DNA of 64,000 nucleotides from Candidatus Shapirobacteria bacterium (GCA_041659325.1 JBAZYN010000003.1:7296-71295); one strand, 5' to 3'; positions 1 through 10,041 are shown, counted from the stretch's first letter. Program-made: numbers and translations. The notes: generated by a model from the sequence alone, not told the origin.

Positions 1-353
1 TTTAAATCGCCGATACCGCCTCTATGTGGGTCCTCTAGTGCCCAATAGATTTTCTTGATATTAGTTCTAGCAATAAAAAAACTGCAACCGAAACACGGTT
101 CCAAAGAAGTAAATAAGATATTTTCGCCTGTCGCATCTTTTGATAACGCTAATCCCGATTGCCTAATACAAAGTATCTCTGCGTGAGCAGTAATGTCCTT
201 TTGGGTTGTGTTCTCATTAAACCCTTTAGCAATTATGTTTCCCTGGCTATTTACTATAATTGAGCCAATAGGATAATTGTCTTTTTCAAAACCTTCTTTT
301 GCCAGGTCAATGGATAGCTCCAAGTATTTTCTAATTTGTTCTTCGTTTAGCAT
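1..353 (-). CDS. nucleoside/tRNA deaminase (cytidine/TadA-like zinc deaminase family), 3' end outside window
   Basis: Manual translation from ATG at 353 gives MLNEEQIRKYLELSIDLAKEG..NYPIGSIIV..TAHAEILCIR..TSLEPCFGC, with the HxE and PCxxC zinc motifs. Not in the ORF track because it is truncated. Confidence 0.88.
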   Translation of the reverse strand, partial: MLNEEQIRKYLELSIDLAKEGFEKDNYPIGSIIVNSQGNIIAKGFNENTTQKDITAHAEILCIRQSGLALSKDATGENILFTSLEPCFGCSFFIARTNIKKIYWALEDPHRGGIGDL

Positions 354-356
354 AGG

Positions 357-827
357 TTATTTTAATTGGCTTATCTTTTTAACAACGCTTGCATTATCCA
401 AAAATTGAATTGTATTCAATCCAGCCCGGGAAGCGGCTTGTATGATTGTTTGACTATCGTCTATATAAATAACCTCATTCGGATTTTTAGCTAATTTTTT
501 AGTCAGGGAAACATAGGCTTGCGGGTCTTTTTTTGATACTCCCATTACTTCTGCCGATAAAATACCTCTAAAAATCCCTGCTATCCTAGTTTTTATCTCT
601 TTGGCGTTTTGGATTGAACCAGAAGTAAAAATATAAAGATCAAACTTTTTCTTAATTGTTTCAAGGTAAGCGAGTAGTTCTTCGTTTAACTCAAAATAGT
701 CCAAAAATGCATAGTTTGGATTTTCTGCAAGAAGCTTCTTGTGCAAAGGATTTAAGTCTTCTTTATAGACCTTATCCTTGGCAAATAATAAAACTCGGGA
801 AAAATCAAAAATTATCGTGTTAATCAT
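357..827 (-). CDS. HAD-superfamily hydrolase
   Basis: Motif I-like IIFDFSRV, a conserved K (SKKDP) and motif IV YIDDS. Confidence 0.8.
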   Translation of the reverse strand: MINTIIFDFSRVLLFAKDKVYKEDLNPLHKKLLAENPNYAFLDYFELNEELLAYLETIKKKFDLYIFTSGSIQNAKEIKTRIAGIFRGILSAEVMGVSKKDPQAYVSLTKKLAKNPNEVIYIDDSQTIIQAASRAGLNTIQFLDNASVVKKISQLK

Positions 828-828
828 A

Positions 829-1641
829 TTATTGTCTTGGCTTTTTTAAGAGGTCTAAAACAAAATTAAATTTATCACCTTTAATAATTGTTGCTCCCGT
901 GCCAGGTAGAGCTATATAGTCTTGAAGTTTCAGCTCCTCACCTTTATCGTCATAGACCTTTCCGCCAAATGCTCTACAAGCAACTGCGGCAGGTATAATA
1001 TCCCACAAACCAGCAATTTGAACCCGGTGAACTGTGATTGCCGATTTGTGTGGGTTTATGACTGTATAGAGAGATTTTAGCCCTAATGCGGCTTGTTTTA
1101 TTATACTTACACCAGACATATTTATAAGTTCCCGTTCAATAAAATCGCCAGGTCTTTGGTCAACATATATCGCATATTCTTGTGAGTATCCCCGAGTATT
1201 GTTTTCCCTAATTAAGTTATCTGGATTGTTACCGTCTATAAGAATCTTTTCTTTTGTTATAAAGTTGTAGCAAGCACCAAAAGTGGGGATACCATTTTCT
1301 ACTAAGCCTAAAAGGAGACAGAAGTCGCTTGCTGCACCTAAATCCTCTTTAAGAAAATCTGTGATATCACCTTTATCTATGGCCTTGTTAACATATTCCA
1401 GATAACCCAAAGTTCCGTCAATCGGATCAATAGTTAAATAGTTGCCCGACTTCACAATTTCCAGGACTTTGTCTCCTTCCTCCGGAACAACTTGTAAATT
1501 ATTGCTTTGTGCGATTTTTACCAATCTATTTTCTATTTGCTTATCGCAGTGTGTGACTACACTTTTGTCTGCCTTATGTTCCGCACTTATGGGAGTATTA
1601 AGAGTGAAATCCAGAAGCTCGTCTGAGGCTTCTACAATCAT
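829..1641 (-). CDS. inositol monophosphatase/CysQ-family phosphatase
   Basis: VT.CD, EE, IDPIDGT and WDI motifs. Confidence 0.85.
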   Translation of the reverse strand: MIVEASDELLDFTLNTPISAEHKADKSVVTHCDKQIENRLVKIAQSNNLQVVPEEGDKVLEIVKSGNYLTIDPIDGTLGYLEYVNKAIDKGDITDFLKEDLGAASDFCLLLGLVENGIPTFGACYNFITKEKILIDGNNPDNLIRENNTRGYSQEYAIYVDQRPGDFIERELINMSGVSIIKQAALGLKSLYTVINPHKSAITVHRVQIAGLWDIIPAAVACRAFGGKVYDDKGEELKLQDYIALPGTGATIIKGDKFNFVLDLLKKPRQ

Positions 1642-1874
1642 TTGGTTAAATAGCGAAAATGCTTGGTCTTTGGTCGTAGATTAGATTATAAACTACTTTA
1701 ATCTATACCAAGGCTCCTTTGTCTTGGTTTCCTACTCTGAAGTTTCCACCTTCACTTGAGTTTCGACGGACGGACGAATGAGTCAATCAGGACCGCTGAG
1801 GGTGGGAACTGCTTAATTTATCCGGACTGAATCACAAGGTAAGATAACTCACGAACAGTGGAATGATTTTAGGA

Positions 1875-2365
1875 CTATGCCAAATTGGAAACAGTAATGT
1901 TTACTGTTTCCTCGACTGATTTCACTGAAACATCAATTACCTTTCCATATACAAAACCTGAAACCAATATATAGACGGCAGTGGTAGCAACAGTACCGTA
2001 AGATTTTTGTCGGTGTGAATCCCTTTGGATGCAAACGCGTAGGGGAGCTGTCAGGGTGAAAACAAAATTTTTCGGGAAGTTTTTTATCAGGTCTTCTATC
2101 TGATTACGATGATAAAAATTCCCGTCAACCACAACCGATATTCCATTTTTGATAGTTTGTTTTATTTTGGGAAGAATATATTCGTTGACCTTTAAAAAAC
2201 TTTTTAATGGGATGCAGCCTTGTTTTTCGTCTATATTGTCAAGATTTTTTTCCAAAAGAACGTCATCAACAGAAATATAATCTCCGTTTATACTTTTTGC
2301 TATTTTTTGGCAATGGTTGATTTACCAATCCCCAACGGACCTCTGATGATTATTAGTGAGCCCAT
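1875..2365 (-). pseudogene. P-loop kinase (AAA_33/gluconokinase-like), frameshifted
   Basis: ATG at 2365 gives MGSLIIIRGPLGIGKSTIAKK (Walker A), then TAG. One extra A in the A6 run at 2303-2308 restores the frame into ORF 1875..2255 (VVVDG, CIQRD.R). Confidence 0.8.
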
Positions 2366-2400
2366 GACTGATTATACATAAGTTCGAAAATCGCTCCGGA

Positions 2401-2430
2401 TGCTCCACCGCTGCGGACCAGGTTAGTACT
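2401..2430 (+). repeat. tRNA-Asn-3'-like att scar
   Basis: TGCTCCACCGC matches tRNA antisense TGCTCCCCCGC (63323-33) at 10/11, then CGGACCAGGTTAGTAC. Confidence 0.6.
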
Positions 2431-2461
2431 TGTTTTGTTTAGTTTTGTGATAGACTTCAGT

Positions 2462-2707
2462 ATGACAGAGGTTAAAAATGTTCTTTGTGTATGGAACGTT
2501 TCTGAATGGGACAACGAGCACAAAAGGGCATTGGGGCAGGCGGTAGGAGAAGGGTTGGCTACCGCTTCTATATCATCCGAAGGCCTAGCGACAGTAGTGG
2601 CAAGGGAGGATGTATACCCTCAATTATACCGTAGGATGACTCAAATTTTGAACGAACCGGGCGTACCGATAGCGCCAGCAGCTGAGGCGCCCAAATCAAG
2701 GCAGTAG
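2462..2707 (+). CDS. hypothetical protein (81 aa)
   Basis: ORF with a TG-A-TAGACT -10-like box just upstream of the ATG at 2462. Confidence 0.55.
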   Translation: MTEVKNVLCVWNVSEWDNEHKRALGQAVGEGLATASISSEGLATVVAREDVYPQLYRRMTQILNEPGVPIAPAAEAPKSRQ

Positions 2708-2810
2708 CGGAAGCTGAAGTTTCTACCTACACTTAAGTTTCGGCGGACAAGCCGGCGGACCAGACGAATCAATCTGAGCTGATGTTTACGAATGGTTGTA
2801 TAATCTGCCC

Positions 2811-3221
2811 ATGAATAATAAACTACCTCCTTGTTGTTATAGGGTATCGATTAAGGCATTGATATTTAAGGATGAGAAAATACTTTTGATAAAAGAAGCT
2901 GATGGCAGGTGGAGTTTACCTGGTGGAGGACTAGAGGTTGGAGAATCGTTTTCATCAGCGGTTACAAGAGAGTTGGAGGAAGAAATTGGTGTGAAAGCAA
3001 CAAAAGTTTCCTCTCAACCTTTATACACCTGGACGCTTGTAAGTGTTAATAAACACGGTAATTTAGTTCCTAAAGTAATTTTGGCTTTTGTTGTTGAAAC
3101 AGATTCTTTTAATTTCAAGAATGATTCTAGTGAAAGTGTTGAAATAAATTTCTTTTCAAAATTAGAAATACTAACATTGGACTTACATCCAAACGCGCAG
3201 GAATTATGTAAAGTTCTCTAG
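2811..3221 (+). CDS. NUDIX hydrolase
   Basis: Nudix box GGGLEVGESFSSAVTRELEEEIG; TATAAT 6 nt upstream of the ATG at 2811. Confidence 0.9.
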   Translation: MNNKLPPCCYRVSIKALIFKDEKILLIKEADGRWSLPGGGLEVGESFSSAVTRELEEEIGVKATKVSSQPLYTWTLVSVNKHGNLVPKVILAFVVETDSFNFKNDSSESVEINFFSKLEILTLDLHPNAQELCKVL

Positions 3222-3355
3222 TTTATGACTGGGTATAAAAAGTTGGAACCTGTGCGTTAAAGCTACGGCGGACGAATTAGTCAATCAGGACCTGAACGAG
3301 CGGGAGATTAAATCTGAAAAAACATAAATTCGTAAATTTATGATAGCCTAAGTTG

Positions 3356-5488
3356 ATGTCGCGCGACCTATCCGGTTTGTTTAATCCAAAATCAATTGCG
3401 GTAATCGGGGCATCCCGGTCGCCTAAAAAACTCGGGGCGATAGTTCTCAAAAACATAAATATCTCCGGTTTTTCAGGCCGGGTGTATCCGGTTAATCCTA
3501 ATGTTTACAATGTCGGCCCGGTGAAATTTTACCCGGATGTGGCTAGTCTACCGGAAGTACCTGATTTGGCGGTGATTGCGATTCCCGCGGGAGGAGTTTT
3601 GGGGGTATTGGAAGAATGCGGAAAGGCGGGGATTAAAAATATTGTCATATTTTCGGCCGGATTTAAGGAAGCCGGAGAAGAGGGCCAGGCACTGGAAAAA
3701 CAACTAATCGCGATTGCGACTTATTACAAATTTAATATTCTGGGGCCAAATTGCCTGGGTTTTGCCTCGACTGTCCCCCCGCTTAACGTGACTTTTGGCC
3801 AGGTTATCAAAAACCGCAGTAGTTTAAGATTTATATCCCAATCGGGGGCTTTGGCCTCAAGCTTGTTTGATTGGTGCCAGTCGACCGGTCTCGGTTTTAA
3901 CAGTTTTATAACTATCGGCAACAAAGCGGTAGTTAATGAAAACGATATTTTGGAATATTGGCTGCCACAACTGGGCAAGAGTAGCGAGACAACACGACCG
4001 GTGGGTTTATATCTTGAGTCAATCGTGTCGGGCCAGGATTTTATTAAAACCGTAAAACAAATTACCCCCCACAATCCCGTATTTATTTTGAAACCAGGCA
4101 GGTCGGCGGCGGCGGTAGAAGCGATGCGTTCACACACCGGGGCTATTGCCGGAGAAGATAGAGTGCTTCGGGCGGCTCTGGCTGAAGCCGGGGCGATTCA
4201 TTGCCAGGAACTGGGTGATTTTTTTGATTTGGCTCAGGCGTTGGCGTGGAAAAACGCTCCCCGCGGCCCACAAGTAGCCATAGTTTCAAACGCCGGCGGG
4301 CCGGCGGTAATGACAACTGATACGGTGGCTGACTGCGGGTTGGAAATGGCTAAGTTTAGCCGTGCTACCCACCAAAAATTATTGGAGTGCCTACCCCGGG
4401 TGGCCTCGGCGCTTAACCCGGTAGATGTTTTGGGTGACGCACTGGCGCAGCGGTTTGGAGAAGCTTTGGAAATAATTTTGCAGGAAAAAACAGCCCACGC
4501 GATAGTAGCGTTACTAACGCCGCAACTGATGACGCAGATCGAAAAAACGGCCGAAATAATCGGAAAACTATCGGCCAGATACTCTCAGCCAATCTTTTGC
4601 TCGTTTATAGGCGGCTATCATACGGTTGACGGCAAAAAAATACTCAATCAATATAAAATTCCGAATTATTCTTATCCTGAAAGAGCAATTAAAGTGATCG
4701 CCAAAATGTGGCAATGGCAAAACTGGCGCAAACACAGGTCGGTATCCCGTCTTTCGGGACGACTGTTAACGGAAAATCTGCCGGGGGTGGAAAAAATTCT
4801 TAATCAAGCAGTAGCGGCAAAATTACCAACGCTTGATAATCTACAAGCTGACAGATTGATGGGGATGATCAAAGTGCCCACTCCCCCGACTGAAGTTATC
4901 ACTTCTGTAAACCAGGCGGTAATTTTTGGCCGAAAGTACGGTTGGCCGGTGGTTTTGAAATTATCGTCGGTGGGACTTTTGCACAAATCAAATGTGGGCG
5001 GGGTGATTGTGGGCATTAAGTCGGCCCGGGAACTTACCAATGACTTTAATAAGCTTGTCCGCAAGACAGCTAAACTGAAAAAAGAAAATGGGCAAGAGAC
5101 GGGAATCCAGATTCAGAAACAAGTGGTGGGGGGAATTGAAATAATATTCGGGATTCGACGTGATGCCTGTTTTGGGCATATCTTTTTGTTTGGCGCCGGA
5201 GGCAAGTATGCTGAAGTTTTGGATGACCATAACTTGGGATTGTTGCCCATTACTTTGGAAAAAGCCAAAAAGTTGGTGGCGAGGAGCAAAATATTTAAAA
5301 TGTTGTCGGGGTATCGGGATGATCCGCCGTATAACCTCAGCAGACTTTATGAAATTATGATGACTCTGGGGCAACTGGTAACTAGCTATCCACAGATTAA
5401 GGAAATTGAAGTTAACCCAATGATTATTACTCACAAAGGGGTTTGGGCGGTGGATCCCAAAGTTATACTGAATCAGGAAAATAATTGA
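3356..5488 (+). CDS. ADP-forming acetate--CoA ligase family (alpha/beta fusion)
   Basis: CoA-binding PKSIAVIGAS, GPNCLG, SQSG, SHTGA phospho-His, NPVD and a C-terminal ATP-grasp (HKSNVGGV, EIEVNP). Confidence 0.92.
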   Translation: MSRDLSGLFNPKSIAVIGASRSPKKLGAIVLKNINISGFSGRVYPVNPNVYNVGPVKFYPDVASLPEVPDLAVIAIPAGGVLGVLEECGKAGIKNIVIFSAGFKEAGEEGQALEKQLIAIATYYKFNILGPNCLGFASTVPPLNVTFGQVIKNRSSLRFISQSGALASSLFDWCQSTGLGFNSFITIGNKAVVNENDILEYWLPQLGKSSETTRPVGLYLESIVSGQDFIKTVKQITPHNPVFILKPGRSAAAVEAMRSHTGAIAGEDRVLRAALAEAGAIHCQELGDFFDLAQALAWKNAPRGPQVAIVSNAGGPAVMTTDTVADCGLEMAKFSRATHQKLLECLPRVASALNPVDVLGDALAQRFGEALEIILQEKTAHAIVALLTPQLMTQIEKTAEIIGKLSARYSQPIFCSFIGGYHTVDGKKILNQYKIPNYSYPERAIKVIAKMWQWQNWRKHRSVSRLSGRLLTENLPGVEKILNQAVAAKLPTLDNLQADRLMGMIKVPTPPTEVITSVNQAVIFGRKYGWPVVLKLSSVGLLHKSNVGGVIVGIKSARELTNDFNKLVRKTAKLKKENGQETGIQIQKQVVGGIEIIFGIRRDACFGHIFLFGAGGKYAEVLDDHNLGLLPITLEKAKKLVARSKIFKMLSGYRDDPPYNLSRLYEIMMTLGQLVTSYPQIKEIEVNPMIITHKGVWAVDPKVILNQENN

Positions 5489-5497
5489 CAGGTCAAT

Positions 5498-6256
5498 CTA
5501 ATACGCCGTCCAACCGGAGTCGGCAGTAATGACGGCCCCGTTTACCAAACTGGAATCATCTGAGGCGAGAAACAAGGCCACTTGGGCGATCTCGAGAGGT
5601 TCACCCATCCGGGGATTATTGCCCACGCCCGACATAGCTCGTTCCATTCCAAATTTATTGGGGTTATCGATGGTTTTGCCGATATTGGTATTGACACCAC
5701 CGGGGGTGATAGCATTGCAGCGGATACCCTCTTTGGCGTATTGAAAACCGATGTTTTTGGTTAACCCGATTACAGCGTGTTTTGAAGCGGTATAGGCGGC
5801 GCCGGCACGTGAACCCTGTAATCCACCAATGGATGAAATATTGATGATATTCCCCTTTTTGTTTTGGGAAAATATCGGCATGGCTTTTCTGATAGTGCGC
5901 ATGGGTCCGGTGAGATTGACACCCAGGACTTTTTCCCAAAGCTCATCGGTAACATCGGCAATAGGGACAAAATTGTCCATAATACCGGCATTGTTGACTA
6001 AAATATCCAGAGTTCCATAAGTCTTGACGGCAGAATCAATAAGGCTGTCCACCTCTTCCTGGCGAGCGACATCGGCGGAAGCGGCAGTGGCAATCCCATG
6101 GGCAGCGGTAATTTCCGAAACTACTTGCCCGACACCTTGCGCGTTGATATCCGAAACAATTACTTTGGCCCCTTCTTTGGCAAATAAAACAGCGATGGCT
6201 CTACCAATACCGCTGGCGGCGCCGGTGACAATGGCAACTTTGTTTTCTAGTTTCAT
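5498..6256 (-). CDS. SDR family NAD(P)-dependent oxidoreductase
   Basis: TGAASGIG, NNAG and YTASK motifs. Confidence 0.95.
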   Translation of the reverse strand: MKLENKVAIVTGAASGIGRAIAVLFAKEGAKVIVSDINAQGVGQVVSEITAAHGIATAASADVARQEEVDSLIDSAVKTYGTLDILVNNAGIMDNFVPIADVTDELWEKVLGVNLTGPMRTIRKAMPIFSQNKKGNIINISSIGGLQGSRAGAAYTASKHAVIGLTKNIGFQYAKEGIRCNAITPGGVNTNIGKTIDNPNKFGMERAMSGVGNNPRMGEPLEIAQVALFLASDDSSLVNGAVITADSGWTAY

Positions 6257-6373
6257 TTGGCTAAATCCTTCTGAATGATTAATTATATAAATTTGGACTT
6301 ATTACTAAATAGTAATTTTACACATAATTTTATCTTATTGCAGCGGATGGAAAAAAATTTGCTAGACTAGTCT

Positions 6374-6874
6374 ATGAATTTTGAAAGAATACAGACGATT
6401 GCGATCGAAACGGTGATGGATAGCAAAACAAAAGAAGTGCTTCTGACCCTCGGCTTGGTGGTGATACCGTTTGTGTGGAGCGGGCCACAACTATTGGTTG
6501 GTTCAGTGGTGAACATGTTGTTGTGTTTGACGGCGGCAAATAGTCAGCCGAAAAGTTGGTGGATAAAGGCGGCTTTGCCTAGTTTGGCGGTGGTAGCCCG
6601 CGGAGGATTGTTTAGCTCTTTTACCCCATATCTTTTGTATTTATGGCCAATAATTACGTTAGGGAATTGGGTATTTATGAGTATTGGTCAAAGTAAACTA
6701 AAAGTTTTAGCAAAAATTAAATTGCCGGTGGCGGCTATAACTAAAATGGTGATACTTATGACCGGGGCGACGGTATTGGCTCAACTAAAAATAATACCGG
6801 GGGCCATGGTGGGCAGTATGGGGATAATCCAATTAGTTACGGCTTTAATTGGTGGAATGCTTGCTGCCTTATGA
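6374..6874 (+). CDS. integral membrane protein, ECF S-component-like, coupled to the hydrogenase-like gene
   Basis: About 5 hydrophobic segments, QLLVGSVVNMLL motif; ATGA overlap with the next gene. Confidence 0.6.
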   Translation: MNFERIQTIAIETVMDSKTKEVLLTLGLVVIPFVWSGPQLLVGSVVNMLLCLTAANSQPKSWWIKAALPSLAVVARGGLFSSFTPYLLYLWPIITLGNWVFMSIGQSKLKVLAKIKLPVAAITKMVILMTGATVLAQLKIIPGAMVGSMGIIQLVTALIGGMLAAL

Positions 6875-7668
6875 ATGAAAGTCAGACCTTAACAGAGCTT
6901 CTGAAAAATGGTAGCCCATTGGTGGCGATGTTGGCACCGTCGTTTCCGATTGTTTTTAATCCAAAAACTATTGTTGGGCAATTAAAGCGGGCCGGGTTTC
7001 AGCAAGTGGTTGAGATTTCGGTGGGAGCCAAACGCACCAACGAAATGATTATTGAGGCGCTGAAAAAAGACGAAACTTCCAGATTTATTGCCAGCCCTTG
7101 CCCTAATATTGTCAGAATGATACGAACAAAATTTCCGGAAGCGGTAAAGTATTTGGCCTTAAGCGCTGATTCACCCATGGTGGCCACCACCCGCATAGTT
7201 ATTGAGAAATTCAGCGGTAAACGACCGGTTTTTATCGGCCCGTGTCTGGTAAAGAGACTGGAAGCCGCGCAAGATTATCCGGAACTAAACATTCTTTGTA
7301 TAACCTATAGGGATTTACAACAAATTTTTGCTGATCTAAAAATCGAAGAGGAAGAGAGAGATAAAAATGTAGCGTTTGATTTATCCGGGGAAGAAACCCG
7401 ACTCTATCCTATTTCGGGCGGATTGGCTCAAAGCAGCGGGGTGAGGGATCTTCTAAGTGACGATGATATTGAAGTGGTATCAGGGGCGAAAAATGCAGAG
7501 GAGGCGGTGAAACGGTTTCTTGACTCTGACCATCTCCGGCTTCTTGATATTCTTTTCTGTGAGGGAGGGTGTATCAGCGGCCCGGGAATTGACAGTCCAT
7601 TAACTTTGGAAGAAAGGCGGAAAAAGGTAACTGATTATTGGAACAGACAAGTTGGTCAACTACCGTAA
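6871..7668 (+). CDS. minimal [FeFe]-hydrogenase H-cluster-domain protein (Fe_hyd_lg_C)
   Basis: APS, L1 ASPCP, L2 GPCLVKRLE and L3 DILFCEGGCISG motifs; no accessory ferredoxin domain. Confidence 0.85.
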   Translation: MNESQTLTELLKNGSPLVAMLAPSFPIVFNPKTIVGQLKRAGFQQVVEISVGAKRTNEMIIEALKKDETSRFIASPCPNIVRMIRTKFPEAVKYLALSADSPMVATTRIVIEKFSGKRPVFIGPCLVKRLEAAQDYPELNILCITYRDLQQIFADLKIEEEERDKNVAFDLSGEETRLYPISGGLAQSSGVRDLLSDDDIEVVSGAKNAEEAVKRFLDSDHLRLLDILFCEGGCISGPGIDSPLTLEERRKKVTDYWNRQVGQLP

Positions 7669-8652
7669 ATATTTTTCAATATTGTGAAGATGCTCTTTGT
7701 AGGTAGGGGCGCAATGAATCTGCCGGTTATTGTCATGAATATAATATAAACAATCGGTGTCTGTCGGGTTTAAGACAGCTTCGATGGCATCTATCCCGGG
7801 ATTACTAATCGGGTGAGGAGGCAACCCTTTGTATTTATAGGTATTGTAGGGAGAATCGATATTCTTAATATCGCTAGATTTTATGGGTGACCACCAACCT
7901 TCGTCGGTTTTGCCCCGGGCGTATTGCACCGTGGCATCGATCTCCAGCTTCATATCTTCTTTCAAAAGCCTGTTCCAAAGTATTCCGGCAATAAGGGGCA
8001 TATCAGCTTTGCCCGCCGCTTCCCTCTGAATTATGGAGGCAAGTCGAAGCCCGGTGGTCCAAATAATATTTTGTTTGGCAAACTGTGGGAGGTAGGGATC
8101 GAATTTTTGGTTGAAACGATTGATCATCCGGTTGGCAATATCCAGCCCACTTTCCCCAACGGGGATAAGATAGGTGTCGGGGAAATATACCCCCTCATGA
8201 TAATCGAGTTTCATGGCGGTATAGACGGTGTTCCATTTGTCTAGATCGTCGGAGGTCCAATTGAAAGTTTTTGTAAAAATTTCGCCAATTTCTTCTTTTC
8301 TTAACCCTTCGGGGATAATCACCCATTTCATATCGGGCGATGTGGTAAGTTTATCCGCCACCCGCCAGACATTCATGTTTTTTGAAAGGAAATATCCTCC
8401 CGGCTCGATTTGGTTGTGTTTATTTTTTATATACAAGACTAAGTTGAAAGCCAGAGGACTGCGGATAAACCCCTGACTTTTTAATTTGTCGATTATCACC
8501 GATTCGGCTGATTTCAAGGTAACAGTGAAAACTTGGGTGTTTTGAGTTTTTGGCACTGGAGCGCCAAAAAACATGAAGTAGGTAACAGACAAACTTACAC
8601 CAACAGTGAGAAATAATCCTGCGATTATTAAGACAATTTTATACTTCGTCAA
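7660..8652 (-). CDS. mltG: endolytic transglycosylase MltG
   Basis: N-terminal TM, IPEG, EG.YFPDTY, LASIIQRE, DSPYNTY..GLPP.PI.NPG. Confidence 0.93.
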   Translation of the reverse strand: MTKYKIVLIIAGLFLTVGVSLSVTYFMFFGAPVPKTQNTQVFTVTLKSAESVIIDKLKSQGFIRSPLAFNLVLYIKNKHNQIEPGGYFLSKNMNVWRVADKLTTSPDMKWVIIPEGLRKEEIGEIFTKTFNWTSDDLDKWNTVYTAMKLDYHEGVYFPDTYLIPVGESGLDIANRMINRFNQKFDPYLPQFAKQNIIWTTGLRLASIIQREAAGKADMPLIAGILWNRLLKEDMKLEIDATVQYARGKTDEGWWSPIKSSDIKNIDSPYNTYKYKGLPPHPISNPGIDAIEAVLNPTDTDCLYYIHDNNRQIHCAPTYKEHLHNIEKYLR

Positions 8653-8712
8653 ATATCTTATTATATATGCCCGGTGAGTAGTCTCCTACACTGAAGTTAC
8701 TACGGGCTGCTT

Positions 8713-8913
8713 TTATTCTTGGTGAATTCCTAAATTTTGTACTATTTCTCTCCTTTGGACAAAAGTGGCTTCGCCTTCTGCCATTGGCATTGGTCTGAAG
8801 CCAAATTTATCTTGTAAATTTTGCGCCCTTTTAGGATCAGTTACCATTGCTATGGTACCTCCATCATTGATAAGAAACACTTGGAATGAACTTCCCGTTA
8901 TTTTCTCATACAT
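8713..8913 (-). CDS. hypothetical protein (66 aa)
   Basis: Short ORF filling the intergenic space, with a -10-like box upstream. Confidence 0.45.
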   Translation of the reverse strand: MYEKITGSSFQVFLINDGGTIAMVTDPKRAQNLQDKFGFRPMPMAEGEATFVQRREIVQNLGIHQE

Positions 8914-9019
8914 AATTTATTGTAGCAATAATTTTATTATATTCAAGATTTTACTTAACTTTCCGGTATATGCAACGTTCTGCTACTTTAGAACTATTCG
9001 GTATGGATTATAATTATTT

Positions 9020-9283
9020 ATGAAAACAATTTATAAAAGAATTTGGCCAGATATGTTTGATGGCGACAAAGAGCTTTCGCTTGATTTTCGTTTAGCTGAT
9101 TTTGAACTTGAAGTCGGAGATGAAATTGCTTATCAGGAATGGGACCCGGCAATAAAACAATATACCGGGCGAGAATATAGAAAAATAGTTAAAACATTAG
9201 TTAATTGTGAAAGCCCGACAAGATATTGGACGGTTGAGGAGCTTAATAAACACGGATTGTATCTGATGGAATTTGAACCATGA
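9020..9283 (+). CDS. DUF3850/ASCH-like small protein
   Basis: K.IWP..F..., RLADF.L.VGD.I...EWDP....YTGR pattern. Confidence 0.7.
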   Translation: MKTIYKRIWPDMFDGDKELSLDFRLADFELEVGDEIAYQEWDPAIKQYTGREYRKIVKTLVNCESPTRYWTVEELNKHGLYLMEFEP

Positions 9284-9534
9284 ACCTGACCAATGAAAGT
9301 TATACGATAATTATGGGCACCAAAAATTTTACCGAAAAGTATTTCAAAGACAAATCGGGGTGGCTTAAAATTTCAGCAAAGGGCAAAGAATTTCGAATGA
9401 CGGCCGAACAAGTTCTCAATCATATATTGCCGGCAATAGCGGGGATTAAAAAGAATTTGATAATAAAGGTGGAACACCGGGACAAGATTCAGGGGCTCCC
9501 CTGGCGGGTAGTAATTGGGCAAAAGAACCGATAG
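9280..9534 (+). CDS. hypothetical protein
   Basis: ATGA overlap with the upstream gene. Confidence 0.6.
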   Translation: MNLTNESYTIIMGTKNFTEKYFKDKSGWLKISAKGKEFRMTAEQVLNHILPAIAGIKKNLIIKVEHRDKIQGLPWRVVIGQKNR

Positions 9535-9556
9535 AATAATATTAGGGAAAAACGAG

Positions 9557-10027
9557 ATGAAAAACTTGTCAAAACTTTTTGTTTCGGTGGTTGGTTGTGA
9601 ATTGGTCGGAATTTTGGGGACGCCGTTTACCCTGTCGGCAATCCCGGGATGGTACGCGGGTCTTAACAAACCATCTTTTGCTCCACCCAATTGGCTTTTT
9701 GGACCGGCCTGGACGACTCTGTATTTCTTGATGGGAGTGGCAATTTATCTTGTCTGGAAACAGGGGTGGAAGAAAAATGAAGTCAAAACGGCCGGCAGGT
9801 ATTTTTTGGTACAATTATTTCTTAATTTTATCTGGTCACCGATTTTCTTTGGGTTGAGAGCACCAGTGGCAGGACTAATAGTGATTGTGGCAATGTGGGT
9901 GATGATTGCTATGACCATGAAGAAGTTTTATCCCCTATCCAGGCCGGCGTTTTACTTACTACTACCGTATATTCTTTGGGTCAGTTTCGCCACCATGCTT
10001 AATGCAGGGATTGTATTGTTGAATTAA
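9557..10027 (+). CDS. tspO: TspO/MBR tryptophan-rich sensory protein
   Basis: WYAGLNKPSFAPPNWLFGPAWTTLY, LN..WSPIFF and LLLPYILWVSFA motifs. Confidence 0.93.
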   Translation: MKNLSKLFVSVVGCELVGILGTPFTLSAIPGWYAGLNKPSFAPPNWLFGPAWTTLYFLMGVAIYLVWKQGWKKNEVKTAGRYFLVQLFLNFIWSPIFFGLRAPVAGLIVIVAMWVMIAMTMKKFYPLSRPAFYLLLPYILWVSFATMLNAGIVLLN

Positions 10028-10041
10028 GAAGTTTGAGTTGG

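Noticed and set aside
3724-6278. Antisense and out-of-frame ORFs inside the CoA ligase and SDR, and similar shadows in other long genes
   Set aside because: They fully overlap well-supported genes and show no recognisable motifs.
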